Shown: positions 50,614 to 60,040 of the stretch, piece by piece | Position numbering within the stretch: the stretch's first letter is position 1 | Layout: each line of letters starts with the position of its first letter | Assembly (NCBI GenBank): GCA_963785235.1 | Contig: CAWAUM010000012.1 | Span: 1-64,000 of the forward strand | Length of the DNA stretch: 64,000 bases | Direction: 5' to 3' | Origin: an uncultured delta proteobacterium | Lineage (GTDB): Bacteria; Desulfobacterota; Desulfomonilia; UBA1062 | Notes under the pieces: model-generated | Seen by the model: the letters and a program-made list of their open reading frames with translations, nothing else | Databases searched by the model: none | Told to the model about the DNA's origin: nothing | Program-made: the position numbers and the translations under genes

Positions 50614-51438
50614 TCAGCGCCTGCGCGGGCTGCCCGGGCTGCCTGCCTGTTGTGACATCCTGAGGAGTCTCTCCCGTGTGCGCACGGGCGATGCCGAGGT
50701 GGCTGCCGTCGCAGGCGGCCTCGACCTTACCGACATGGTCGGGGGCCCGCTTGTGCGCACCGGGGGGCCGGTGCGCGGCAGGATGCCCGTGGACGGTGCC
50801 CTGGCCGGATATCCGGGTCTGACTGCTATAGAAACAGGCTGCAACTGCAACCTCAAAGGACGCACAGTTCCCGTAGACCTGGCCCTGCTCACAAGCACCT
50901 GTTCCGTAGTCTGCTGGGCACGCTGCTGATGGATGTCGCGCGGGCGCCCTGTCGAGCCCGATACGGCCCGGTGTGTTGCCTCAATGCCCGCAGGGGTGAA
51001 CATTGTGAACAGCTGGATGACCTGCCCCGTAGCCCTGGCCCTGTCCATTGCGGTGCGCGAGTCCGCACCCCTGCTCCGTTGCACTACATAGCTCATGGCA
51101 GTGAACGCATCGCTCCTCAGGCTGTCCAGGTCGGCGACCACCTGCCTGCACCACTCGGCCACCGGGTCCGTGGTGGATACTACCTCATCAGGCCCTATTG
51201 CGGATATGGCAGGGCTGCCCCGCCTGGATTCGGGGATCAGCATCCTCCACTCCTGAGGGATGTACCGCTGCCGGATGGTCTCGTAGGAAGGGGGCGGAAC
51301 CACGCCCTCCACCTCGGGGAATTCCCTCCTGAGGAGGGTATGCATCACCTCAGGGTCATCCAGGTTCAGGTGCGAGTCCCGGTACCGTTCTCTGATCTCG
51401 TGGAGCATATCCAGAAATTCTTCGGCAGTTACATACAT
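50614..51438 (-). CDS. Hypothetical lysine-free protein with R/S/T/P-rich disordered tail
   Basis: 274-aa ORF with RBS GAGG, co-oriented upstream of the phosphatase. No recognised domain. Confidence 0.65.
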   Translation of the reverse strand: MYVTAEEFLDMLHEIRERYRDSHLNLDDPEVMHTLLRREFPEVEGVVPPPSYETIRQRYIPQEWRMLIPESRRGSPAISAIGPDEVVSTTDPVAEWCRQVVADLDSLRSDAFTAMSYVVQRSRGADSRTAMDRARATGQVIQLFTMFTPAGIEATHRAVSGSTGRPRDIHQQRAQQTTEQVLVSRARSTGTVRPLRLQLQPVSIAVRPGYPARAPSTGILPRTGPPVRTSGPPTMSVRSRPPATAATSASPVRTRERLLRMSQQAGSPGSPRRR

Positions 51439-51611
51439 AGGGATACCTCTGTTTTTTTACCTAGACTCTTCTCTCTATCAGAGCATAATGCAGACGGTTG
51501 TTTACCGAGCACGCTTCCCTGAATCAACACTGCTTTTACAAGAGGGCCTGCATGAATCGAAGCGCTATCTCCTTGACACATGCCCCCTGAGCCTGTAATT
51601 TCTTCAACCGT

Positions 51612-52610
51612 ATGAAGGAACTGCCGGTTATCATTGTCAAGCTCGTGCATATCCAGGGTCCGCTCATGGGCCAGATCCAGGAGTTCACCGGGGACACCAT
51701 CACCATTGGAAGGCACCCGTCCTGCCAGGTGCAATTTCCCACAGATATCACCTCCATTTCCCGCAACCACGCCGAGCTCGTCCGCGATGGCAACCGGTAC
51801 AAGATCGTTGACCGCAGCACCAACGGCACCTTTGTGAACGGCAAGCGGGTGAGCGAGGCATTTCTCAAGGATGGCGACGTCATCATGTTCACCGAAAACG
51901 GCCCCAAGGCGAGCTACCTTGCCGAGATAACCGATGCCGTCAGGGCAGAGCCGGTCAGTGAACCCCCTGTCCCAGAGCCCGTTCAGCCTGAGAGGCCTGC
52001 CGAACCCGTTGCACAACAACGCCCTGCTGAACCGGCTATTGTCTCTCTTGAAGCTGCACCGGTACGTCCGACTGAGCCTGCCCGGCAGGCCCCCCCGGTA
52101 AAACCGTCTGCACCAGTGGGCAAGGCGGCCCCCAGCGCACCGGCAACTCCTCCCCAGGAGCCGCCCAGACCGGCCGGGCAACCGCGCCAGACTCTCCAGA
52201 AGGTGCAGGTTCCCCTCATTGTCCAGTTCGGCCCCATGCTCAAGTCCTACAAGGAGCTGCCCATTGTCATAGGCAAAAAGGCCGACGCCGACTTTGTGCT
52301 CAACCACACGGCCATTGTCGAAACACACGCCCAGATCTTCTTCAGTCAGAACCAGTACTGGATCAGGGACCTCACAGGCAGAAACATCATCACCATAAAC
52401 TGCATGCCCATCGGCTTCGAGGCGCCGCTGAAGGCCCAGGACATCATCTCGCTCGCCCCTCATGGTCCGGCGCTGAGATTCCTCGGCGAAGGAAGGCTTG
52501 CCGAATACGAACAGGAGCCTGCCGAAGAGGCACCCCAGCCTGCGAAGCCCGCAAAACCCGGACCCGCGAAAAAGACCTCGAAATCCATCTTCGATATCTT
52601 CAAGAAATAG
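51612..52610 (+). CDS. Dual FHA-domain protein with Pro-rich linker
   Basis: IGR....ISRNHA...DRSTNGTFVNG. The second FHA is degenerate (IGK...HAQI..WIRDL). Confidence 0.88.
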   Translation: MKELPVIIVKLVHIQGPLMGQIQEFTGDTITIGRHPSCQVQFPTDITSISRNHAELVRDGNRYKIVDRSTNGTFVNGKRVSEAFLKDGDVIMFTENGPKASYLAEITDAVRAEPVSEPPVPEPVQPERPAEPVAQQRPAEPAIVSLEAAPVRPTEPARQAPPVKPSAPVGKAAPSAPATPPQEPPRPAGQPRQTLQKVQVPLIVQFGPMLKSYKELPIVIGKKADADFVLNHTAIVETHAQIFFSQNQYWIRDLTGRNIITINCMPIGFEAPLKAQDIISLAPHGPALRFLGEGRLAEYEQEPAEEAPQPAKPAKPGPAKKTSKSIFDIFKK

Positions 52611-52624
52611 ACCCCCTGCCCCCC

Positions 52625-53032
52625 CTAGCAGTTCATGAGGATGCGCTCGCCGTCTATCTTCACGTCGTCATTGGCCTGAAGGTTCACGTTTCCGAGCTCG
52701 GCCGTGATGTTCTGGATCCGTGCCTTGGTGGTGAGGTCGCCCACCGCGCAGATGTGCGCGTCACCCCCGGTGGTAAGGGCAATGCCGTCGCGGCCATGGA
52801 TGGCCAGGCTCTTCGCATTGATGGCCAGGTCACCGTCGGTCTTGATCATGAGGCCTGCACCTTCCAGGTGCAGCACCGGCCCGGCATCGGTGATGGTGAT
52901 GGTGAGGCTCACCTTTCCGTTGGCGCTTGTAATCATGAGGCGGTCTTCCTGCTGAGATTGTTCAAGAACGAGGTGCTGATCGCCCTGGAGGTCGATTACC
53001 TGGATTGCCGTTGTCTCATTTTTTGTCTCCAT
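52625..53032 (-). CDS. Small gp5/VgrG-tip-like beta-strand protein
   Basis: Directly downstream of vgrG. Repeating short beta-strands ending VKIDGERILMNC. Confidence 0.7.
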   Translation of the reverse strand: METKNETTAIQVIDLQGDQHLVLEQSQQEDRLMITSANGKVSLTITITDAGPVLHLEGAGLMIKTDGDLAINAKSLAIHGRDGIALTTGGDAHICAVGDLTTKARIQNITAELGNVNLQANDDVKIDGERILMNC

Positions 53033-53045
53033 ACTTTCCTCCGAG

Positions 53046-55211
53046 TCAGCAATTGTTCTTGATCGTGGCGCCTTCCAGCGTGATGTTGCCGCCTGTGCTG
53101 ATAGTGATGCCGGAAGGACCTATTGATATGGTCGAGCCGCCGGCATCGATGGTTATGGTTCGTGCGGCGGTGATGGTGATGCCGCCCGCACCGGAGGAGA
53201 TCTCTAAATTTGTATGCCCATTCAACATTGCCTGACCGGACGGCGCATTGAGGTACATGTCACCTCCCGTGGACCCGAAGAGGGCATCAGCGGACGCCAT
53301 AACGACACGCCTGCCCGTGGCATGATCCTCGTGGTCGGCGTCCACCTCCACGACCAGGCCCGAGTGCACGGTAAGGTTGTAATTGCCCGTGACTTCCTCG
53401 ATGCGGTTGGCGCCTGCTGTCAGCCGCTCGTCGCCGCCTTCAATGGTGACTGCCCTGCCGCCCCTTATGGTCTGGGTCTCGCCGCTGGTCACGGCCACGT
53501 CGCGGCCCTGCTCCACCAGGAGGGTCTCGCCCCCATGGATCGTCCTGGTGCAGCTGCCGGTCACCTCGATGGTCTCGTTGCCCGACACGGTCAGGCTGCG
53601 ATTCCCGCCCACTCCCACCGAGTCGTTGGCGGTCACCGTGGCGCTCCGGTTGTTCTCCACCACGATGTTGTGGTCCTTCTGGGCGTGGATGAACACCTCC
53701 TCCTCGCCTTTTTTGTCCTCGAAGCGGATCTCGTTGGAGCCGCCGCCTCCCAGGCTCGATTCCGACTTGATGGTGCTCTTGGTCTTGTCGTCCGGCAGCG
53801 TATACGGCGGGGTGTTGGAGCCGTTGTACACGCTGCCGATGATGATGGGCCTGTCCGGGTCGCCCTCAATGAAGCTCACGATCACCTCGTGGCCGATCCG
53901 GGGGAGCCACACGGCGCCCCACCCCATGCCTGCCCAGATCTGTCCCACCCGGATGAAGCACGTGGTGTTCTCGTCGTACTGGCCTTCCCTGTCCCAGTGG
54001 AACTGCACCTTCACCATGCCGTGCTCGTTGGTGTAGATCTCCTCGCCCTCGGGTCCGGTCACCAGGGCGGTCTGGACCCCCACGACGACGGGCTTGGGAG
54101 TCATGAGAGGAGGCCTGAAAGGGATGCTGTGCGGAATGCACACGAAGCTGTTGGAATAACTGGCCTCGCTCTCGGCACCGCTCCCCGCAATGGGCTCGCC
54201 GGCCGAGTGGTTGATGGCCGTCAGAACGTAAGGCCGCTCGTTCATGTCGTCGCGGTGGTATTCCTGGAGGGTGAAACGGAAACCGCTGATGAATGCCCGG
54301 CAGTTGCTCGTGCCGGAGAGCACCGTTATCTGGGCCTCTTCGGCCTGCATGCGCATGTCCGCGTAGCGCTCGCCCTCGCGCACGGACATGTACTCACCGG
54401 GGTAGTCATACAGCTCCCGGTCTCCCTGGCCCACAGTAATCCTCGTGGGCATCTCTACCCTAAGGTCAGTGAGCGGCATGAGGAAGTTGAAGTCCTTGGT
54501 GGTGTACTTTCCGAACCGGATCTCCTCCCCCCAGCCGAGGTTCTTGATCACGTCTTCGGTCTCCAGGGTGGTCTCTCCAGTGAGCTGACAGTGGACATTC
54601 ACCTGGTGGGGACAGTCCTGGTGGGCGTCGGACGAGTCGGCCATGACAAGAAGATGCCGGCCGTCCTCGTGCTCGAAGAAGTAGAAGATCCCTTCGGCCT
54701 CGAAGAGCCGGGAGATGAAGTTGAAATCCGACTCGTGGTACTGGACGCAGTATGCCTTTGCCGTGTATTCGCCGGACAGCCTGAATTCGAAGTCGGCGAA
54801 CTCCCTGTCGGCGAAGATCTGCTCCACGATCTGCTGCACGGTCTTTTCCTGGAATATCCTGGAGTTCACGGTCCTGGTGAGCAGCCAGAACCAGGGGACC
54901 ATGGTGGCCGAGTACGTGGCTATGTTCAGGTACTGCTCCTGGTCGGAGCCGTCGCCGAGGCGATCCTGGGAGAAACGGCAGACGATGCCGTTGATGTATC
55001 TCCGCTCGTCGTCGCTCAGGCCGATGGACACGGTCACACTCTGCCCGATGATGTCCCGCGGGTTGATGTCCGTATCCTCGGAGGCGAGCGTCAGCTCGAA
55101 GCCGAAGGGCTGGGAGATCCCCTCTGACCCGGAGAATCCGGTGAGCAGGAGCGTTTCTTCGCCAAGCGGGGTGGCAATGGAGAGAAGACGGTTTTCCTGG
55201 GTCAATGTCAT
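53046..55211 (-). CDS. vgrG: Type VI secretion spike protein VgrG
   Basis: G.EGISQPF.F, YCVQY.ESDFNFISRL.E.EGI, VKVQFHWDR, PRIG.EVIV.F.EGDPDRP, NEIRFED, HAQKD, gp5 repeats. Confidence 0.97.
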   Translation of the reverse strand: MTLTQENRLLSIATPLGEETLLLTGFSGSEGISQPFGFELTLASEDTDINPRDIIGQSVTVSIGLSDDERRYINGIVCRFSQDRLGDGSDQEQYLNIATYSATMVPWFWLLTRTVNSRIFQEKTVQQIVEQIFADREFADFEFRLSGEYTAKAYCVQYHESDFNFISRLFEAEGIFYFFEHEDGRHLLVMADSSDAHQDCPHQVNVHCQLTGETTLETEDVIKNLGWGEEIRFGKYTTKDFNFLMPLTDLRVEMPTRITVGQGDRELYDYPGEYMSVREGERYADMRMQAEEAQITVLSGTSNCRAFISGFRFTLQEYHRDDMNERPYVLTAINHSAGEPIAGSGAESEASYSNSFVCIPHSIPFRPPLMTPKPVVVGVQTALVTGPEGEEIYTNEHGMVKVQFHWDREGQYDENTTCFIRVGQIWAGMGWGAVWLPRIGHEVIVSFIEGDPDRPIIIGSVYNGSNTPPYTLPDDKTKSTIKSESSLGGGGSNEIRFEDKKGEEEVFIHAQKDHNIVVENNRSATVTANDSVGVGGNRSLTVSGNETIEVTGSCTRTIHGGETLLVEQGRDVAVTSGETQTIRGGRAVTIEGGDERLTAGANRIEEVTGNYNLTVHSGLVVEVDADHEDHATGRRVVMASADALFGSTGGDMYLNAPSGQAMLNGHTNLEISSGAGGITITAARTITIDAGGSTISIGPSGITISTGGNITLEGATIKNNC

Positions 55212-55274
55212 GGTCTCACTCCTTCCGTAAGGTCTATCTTTTTTTCCATGATATGCCTCTTTCTTTTACTTCAG

Positions 55275-55330
55275 CCTGATCAAAAGATTGATTTCGACGG
55301 CTTTTTGTCGAGATCAATCTTTTGATCAGG
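55275..55330. repeat. 24-bp-arm palindrome upstream of vgrG
   Basis: CCTGATCAAAAGATTGATTTCGAC-N8-GTCGAGATCAATCTTTTGATCAGG (23/24 complementary). Confidence 0.85.
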
Positions 55331-55364
55331 TCAATACTCCCGGCTATTCCCACGGAGAAACCCT

Positions 55365-56522
55365 TCACGGCCACTCCGCCCGCAGCGGCATGGCGGCGAG
55401 CTCATCGGGCATATAGGGCCTCAGGGCCAACGCAGAGCCCCGCCAGAGAATGCTCACGCGGTCCTCATCGGGTTCTATGAGCACGGTGTGCATGACAGGC
55501 TCGGTGGGGTTCATTTTTCCATTCCTGCCGTCGGTGAAGAGACGTGGGGCCTTAAGCGGAAGCTTGATGCGCAGAGCCTCCAGACGGGGATGCATGTTGC
55601 CCAGCCAGATCTCCTCGCCCTCCTTAAGGTACGGGACAGCAAGCCCGGGCGAGGCGCCGTTTGACATGAGGAATGAACCCTGTGCGTCCGGGGCGCGCTC
55701 GGTGGTGATCCAGGAGGGTGCGAGCCCTCGTCTGACCTCGGCAGGTATCGCACCTTCCGGTTCGAAGTAGGGCACGATTCCGGCATAGGAGATGCGGGGG
55801 AACCAGCTGTAGTCATACCAGTCCGTGGCCTGGGGTAAAGGCATGCGGATCCACTGCTGGTGGTCGAGCACCAAGAGTTTTTCCGGAGTCAACGGGTCTA
55901 ATGGATCTTCCAGGTTGGGCAGTTCGATGGCCTGTGCGGCCTCCTGCTCCGGCTCGATAAGGTAGCCCTTGCCGCAGGTGTTGCGCGGGTAGAGGAAGGG
56001 GCTCGCCATGTCCATGTCGCAGTGCCGCTTGTCCACACCCGGGTGCAGCTCCAGGAACGGGTTGCCGTACTTTTTCTCAGCGACCTTGTCGCGGCCGCCG
56101 TAGGCGTGTGTGTATGCGAGCGGCACCTTGTCCACGGGTGCGGGGTCGGAAAAGACCAGAGCGCCACGTGAGTTCAATGTGCAGCGCCTGTCCCCGATGA
56201 CGAGAATACGCTTCTCCGTGACATGCGCACGGACGGCCGCTTCGAAGATGGTCCTGCCGCCTCCGTAGGCATGGCCCTTGATCACCACGTCCGTTGCCGG
56301 CTTGAAGGGGTAGATGTCGCTGTCCTGAACAAGCAGGCACTTGATATCCGGGTGGTCTTCGAGCTCCATGACCAGGGGAATCTGCTTTCCCGCCGGCTCC
56401 AGCCGTCCGTCGGGCATGATGGCATACGTTATCTTGAGCAGGACGGCCAGGATGAAGCGGCCTTCCGGATCCCTGCCGGAAAGCTGGATGACTGACGGAG
56501 AAGGTGTGGTCTGTACAGGCAT
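55365..56522 (-). CDS. DUF2169 T6SS accessory/adaptor protein
   Basis: D..PFKP.TDV.I.GHAY, V.GDR, PL.Y..AYGG, LPNLEDP, TVLIEPD..RV...WR. Confidence 0.88.
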   Translation of the reverse strand: MPVQTTPSPSVIQLSGRDPEGRFILAVLLKITYAIMPDGRLEPAGKQIPLVMELEDHPDIKCLLVQDSDIYPFKPATDVVIKGHAYGGGRTIFEAAVRAHVTEKRILVIGDRRCTLNSRGALVFSDPAPVDKVPLAYTHAYGGRDKVAEKKYGNPFLELHPGVDKRHCDMDMASPFLYPRNTCGKGYLIEPEQEAAQAIELPNLEDPLDPLTPEKLLVLDHQQWIRMPLPQATDWYDYSWFPRISYAGIVPYFEPEGAIPAEVRRGLAPSWITTERAPDAQGSFLMSNGASPGLAVPYLKEGEEIWLGNMHPRLEALRIKLPLKAPRLFTDGRNGKMNPTEPVMHTVLIEPDEDRVSILWRGSALALRPYMPDELAAMPLRAEWP

Positions 56523-56537
56523 GAATCCTTCCTTCCT

Positions 56538-57431
56538 CTAAAAATTCCCGGTCTGGCCGCCGCCACCCATGCCTGAGCCCCCGTGATCCGCCGGGCCCGG
56601 GCCGTTGAGATAGCCCTGGGCCGCGTCTCCGGCCGCCCCGCCCGGGGTCCACAGGCCCACATCACCGCCGTCCGCCCCCATGGGGCCGCCGCCGAAGAAG
56701 CCGGTGACCGCATTGACCGCGTTGCCCAGACGGGCGGGCACGTCCCTGGCGAGCATCCGGGAGTATGCCTCCCTCTGGGACCGGGCAAAGTCCCTGGCAG
56801 CCTGGTTGATCATGTTGCCGGGTATGCCACCCCGGTTCCTGAGCAGTTGCTTGGCCGCGGCCCTGCTCATGACCTGGGGCCCGAACCGGCCGAGCAATCT
56901 GCCGGCCATATTGCCGATGCCGTTGCCCAGGGCATTGAGGACAGTCTGGACACACCAGTCTATGGCCATGGCGGTGAACCCGTACCTGATGTCGGCCAGA
57001 CTCATGTTGGTATAGACCGATACAAAGGCGATGACCACCCCGGTGGGTGTGGGGCAGGGTATGCCGCAGTCGAGGTTCATGTTCACGGTCTGAAGCACCG
57101 CGGCCCCTATGCGCTGCCCCTGGGACTCGGTGCTCGCCGGGCCAAAATACGACTTGGACGCGCTGAAGGCCATATCGATGGGCAGCGTCACGGATGGCGC
57201 CCCCACGTGCGGGATCAAAGGACCCACATCGGTGGGCACCTGCATGGTCCAGCCGAACCCCTGCTGCACATGAGTGGTGGCGGGAGAGGCCTTTACGCCG
57301 ATGCCGAACATGGTGGTGCAGGTCTTGTACGGCACGGGCGACGGCGCAGGCGACGGGGAGCCCGGTGGCCACGGGATGTGGAAGTCCACACCCATGATGG
57401 GGTGCCATTGTTTCAATACCGCGCACAGCAT
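56538..57431 (-). CDS. PAAR-like spike-tip protein with Gly-rich C-terminal extension
   Basis: HPIMGVDFH, Pro-rich loop, IPH and LDCG.P (candidate Zn ligands). Flanked by DUF2169 genes. Confidence 0.6.
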   Translation of the reverse strand: MLCAVLKQWHPIMGVDFHIPWPPGSPSPAPSPVPYKTCTTMFGIGVKASPATTHVQQGFGWTMQVPTDVGPLIPHVGAPSVTLPIDMAFSASKSYFGPASTESQGQRIGAAVLQTVNMNLDCGIPCPTPTGVVIAFVSVYTNMSLADIRYGFTAMAIDWCVQTVLNALGNGIGNMAGRLLGRFGPQVMSRAAAKQLLRNRGGIPGNMINQAARDFARSQREAYSRMLARDVPARLGNAVNAVTGFFGGGPMGADGGDVGLWTPGGAAGDAAQGYLNGPGPADHGGSGMGGGGQTGNF

Positions 57432-57456
57432 CTCTTGTCCTCCTTGCGCTTGGATC

Positions 57457-58419
57457 CTAGCCCTCTGCCAGGAGCTCGCACGATCGCTTCACCAGGGGCA
57501 CGAGCACGTAGCGGAACGGGTAGCGGTAGGTGATGAAAACCTTTTTCTTGTCCACCTCGACCCCGATCTGGTCTATGGCAGGCTCCACGAGGTTGATCTC
57601 CTGGCCGAAGCACAGCCTCACCATGAGCCCGGAGTGCGGTAGATTGAATTCCACTGGCCCGGCCGCGCTCATCCCGGTGATGCGCATCCGATCGCCCTCA
57701 TGGACAGAAGGTGCGACCATGGAGGGAAAGGCCTGGTTGAAAAGGGTGGGCTTCATCTCCCTGAGCTCAAAGGTCTTCTCATCGAAGACGAGCGATTTTT
57801 CCAGCCGGGGCCCGAAGGCCATGCCGCAGTGGGAAACGCCCACGGGATCGGGCTGGTCGTTCCACGCGCGGATGAGGTTCATGGGGTCTTCGATATTCGG
57901 CAGCTCCTTGCCTATGGCATTGGCCTCTTCCAGGTAAAATCCCTTGCCGGAAGGGTTCTTGGGGAACGGCACAGGCAGGCCGTCCCAGAGGTCTTTGCCG
58001 CCATAGGCATATGTCAGGGTGAGCGGGATCTCCCTGAAGGGGTACGGCGGGCTCGGCACCAGAGCGCGAGCCTCCTTGCGCCAGATCCTGGGGCCGAAGA
58101 CCTTGATGGATGCCTTGAAGGAATCCCCGAGCTCCACGGTCACGTCCATGCTGGTGGCCTCGCCGCGCTCCGGCCGGGCAGAGCCGAAGGCAAAGATATC
58201 CACCCCGCCCCGGTAAAACACCTCGTCCGAGTCCATGGGCCCATACTCGCATTCCCAGGGCGGAGGCGAGACCTTCCACGTCTGCTCGGACGAAACCTTG
58301 AGCATACGGCCCACCATGTCATAGGTCACCCGGGCTATGACGGCGCCAAAGAGGCGGCTTTCGTCGATGCCGCCCCGGAAGATCATGGCCGGGTAAGGCG
58401 TCGAGTTCACGAGCTGCAT
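57457..58419 (-). CDS. Second DUF2169 T6SS accessory protein
   Basis: MQL.N.TPY, VFGPR.W, PL....AYGG, NP.GKGF, LPNIEDP, D.I.V...K..V.ITYR. Confidence 0.85.
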   Translation of the reverse strand: MQLVNSTPYPAMIFRGGIDESRLFGAVIARVTYDMVGRMLKVSSEQTWKVSPPPWECEYGPMDSDEVFYRGGVDIFAFGSARPERGEATSMDVTVELGDSFKASIKVFGPRIWRKEARALVPSPPYPFREIPLTLTYAYGGKDLWDGLPVPFPKNPSGKGFYLEEANAIGKELPNIEDPMNLIRAWNDQPDPVGVSHCGMAFGPRLEKSLVFDEKTFELREMKPTLFNQAFPSMVAPSVHEGDRMRITGMSAAGPVEFNLPHSGLMVRLCFGQEINLVEPAIDQIGVEVDKKKVFITYRYPFRYVLVPLVKRSCELLAEG

Positions 58420-58456
58420 ACTCTACCCTGAAGGCGATAGCATCGCTGCATCACGC

Positions 58457-59983
58457 ATGTTCTCCTTGGACAACGCACTGAAATTTCGATACAACCATAT
58501 CATGACGGTCTTGAATCCCGAAACGATGCTCTCCATCCGCAGCACCTTCCTTCAGGCAGGCTATACCAGAACCGGCATCCTCGAGAGGATCCGGGCAGGC
58601 GATTTCCCCGCGCTCAAGGCGAGCGACATACCCATCCTCATGCGTCACACCCAAAGCGGCTCCGCCCTGGACACTCTCATCAGGCTGTTCCTGGTTGAGG
58701 TGCCGTGCAACAAGGACGCCGTGAGCGAGGCGATCACACCCATGGACGTGTCGGACTGGGCCGAGGCCGGTCTCATCACCATGAACGGCTCTGAAGTGCT
58801 TGCTGCCGTGAAGGTCCTTCCGTTTCACGATCTCCTCCTTGCCTTTGACCTGCCTTCCATGCTCACAGGCGATTCCGGGCGCGACTATGTCATGGGTCTC
58901 GGCGCCAGCACGCTGACCCTGGCCAACCTCACCATCCGCAAGGCCTCGAGCCTCACCCTGGACATGGGGGCCGGCTGCGGGCTGCAGGCCCTCCTGGCGG
59001 CCCGCCATAGCGAAAAGGTCATTGCCACGGACATCAATGAGCGGGCCGTGGCCTTTGCCAGGTTCAATGCGGCGCTCAACGGCATTGAAAATGTTCAGTG
59101 CCGCAGGGGCGACTTCTTCGAGCCCGTCAACGGCATTGAGTTCGACCTCATCATGAGCAACCCGCCCTATGTCATCTCGCCCGAGCACGACTATGCCTAC
59201 TGCAGCGCCGGTCTGGCAGGCGACGAGCTGTGCAGGAAGATCGTGCAGGAGGGAAGCGCCCTGCTCGCCGAAGGCGGCTTCTGCCAGGTCCTGTGCAACT
59301 GGGCCGAGTTCGACAAGAGCCCCTGGATGGAGCGAATCAGGGGCTGGGTTGAGGGCAGCCTCTGCGATGCCTGGGTCATGCGCTCCCAGTCCCGGGACAT
59401 CACATCGTATGCATCCACCTGGATCCGTCACACCGAACCCAGGGAGAACGGCATTACCCAGGAACGCTTCGAGAAGTGGATGCGCTACTATGATCATATG
59501 GGCATCTCGAGAATAGGCGCCGGCATAGTCACGCTGCGCCGCAGGACCGGCGGACAGAACTGGTTCAGGGCCGACGAGGCCCCGAAGAAGATGCTGGGCC
59601 CCTGCGGGGAAAATATCCTTATGGGTTTTGCCCTGAGGGACTTCCTGGAATCTTCAACGGATTCGGATCTTCTAGCCGCCAGGCTCGTCCTCTCGGCCGA
59701 TGCCAGGCTCAAACGCATCTGCACACCGGCCAGTGGCGGCTGGAAGGACACGTCCCTGAAGCTGAGCCTTGAGCGCGGATTCGTGTATTCCGGGGACATC
59801 GATGGGGTAATGGCCAACTTCCTCATCGCATGCACAGGACAGAAAACCCTCCGGGAGGTCCTGCAGGAGAGTGCAGCCGACATGGGCGTAGCGCCTGATT
59901 CCATAAAGGATGCGTTTGTGACCATGGTCAGGCCCCTTGTGGAGCAGGGGTTCCTGTTTCCGGTCACAGCCACACAGCCCTGA
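58457..59983 (+). CDS. Class I SAM-dependent N-methyltransferase with N-terminal helical domain and C-terminal PqqD-like wHTH
   Basis: LIRLFL N-domain, LDMGAGCG, TDIN.RA, SNPPYVISP, C-terminal L.ACTG.KTLRE...LVEQGFL. Start may be 58502. Confidence 0.85.
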   Translation: MFSLDNALKFRYNHIMTVLNPETMLSIRSTFLQAGYTRTGILERIRAGDFPALKASDIPILMRHTQSGSALDTLIRLFLVEVPCNKDAVSEAITPMDVSDWAEAGLITMNGSEVLAAVKVLPFHDLLLAFDLPSMLTGDSGRDYVMGLGASTLTLANLTIRKASSLTLDMGAGCGLQALLAARHSEKVIATDINERAVAFARFNAALNGIENVQCRRGDFFEPVNGIEFDLIMSNPPYVISPEHDYAYCSAGLAGDELCRKIVQEGSALLAEGGFCQVLCNWAEFDKSPWMERIRGWVEGSLCDAWVMRSQSRDITSYASTWIRHTEPRENGITQERFEKWMRYYDHMGISRIGAGIVTLRRRTGGQNWFRADEAPKKMLGPCGENILMGFALRDFLESSTDSDLLAARLVLSADARLKRICTPASGGWKDTSLKLSLERGFVYSGDIDGVMANFLIACTGQKTLREVLQESAADMGVAPDSIKDAFVTMVRPLVEQGFLFPVTATQP

Positions 59984-60040
59984 GCGATCCGCCTGGAGAT
60001 CATGGGAAAGGCGGGTTTCATCACCCTTGTTCCCATCCTT

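Noticed and set aside
53214-55127. Long antisense ORFs (e.g. 53214..55127, 6211..7203, 58451..59497, 51429..52463)
   Set aside because: Shadow frames of GC-rich genes that have clear motifs on the opposite strand.
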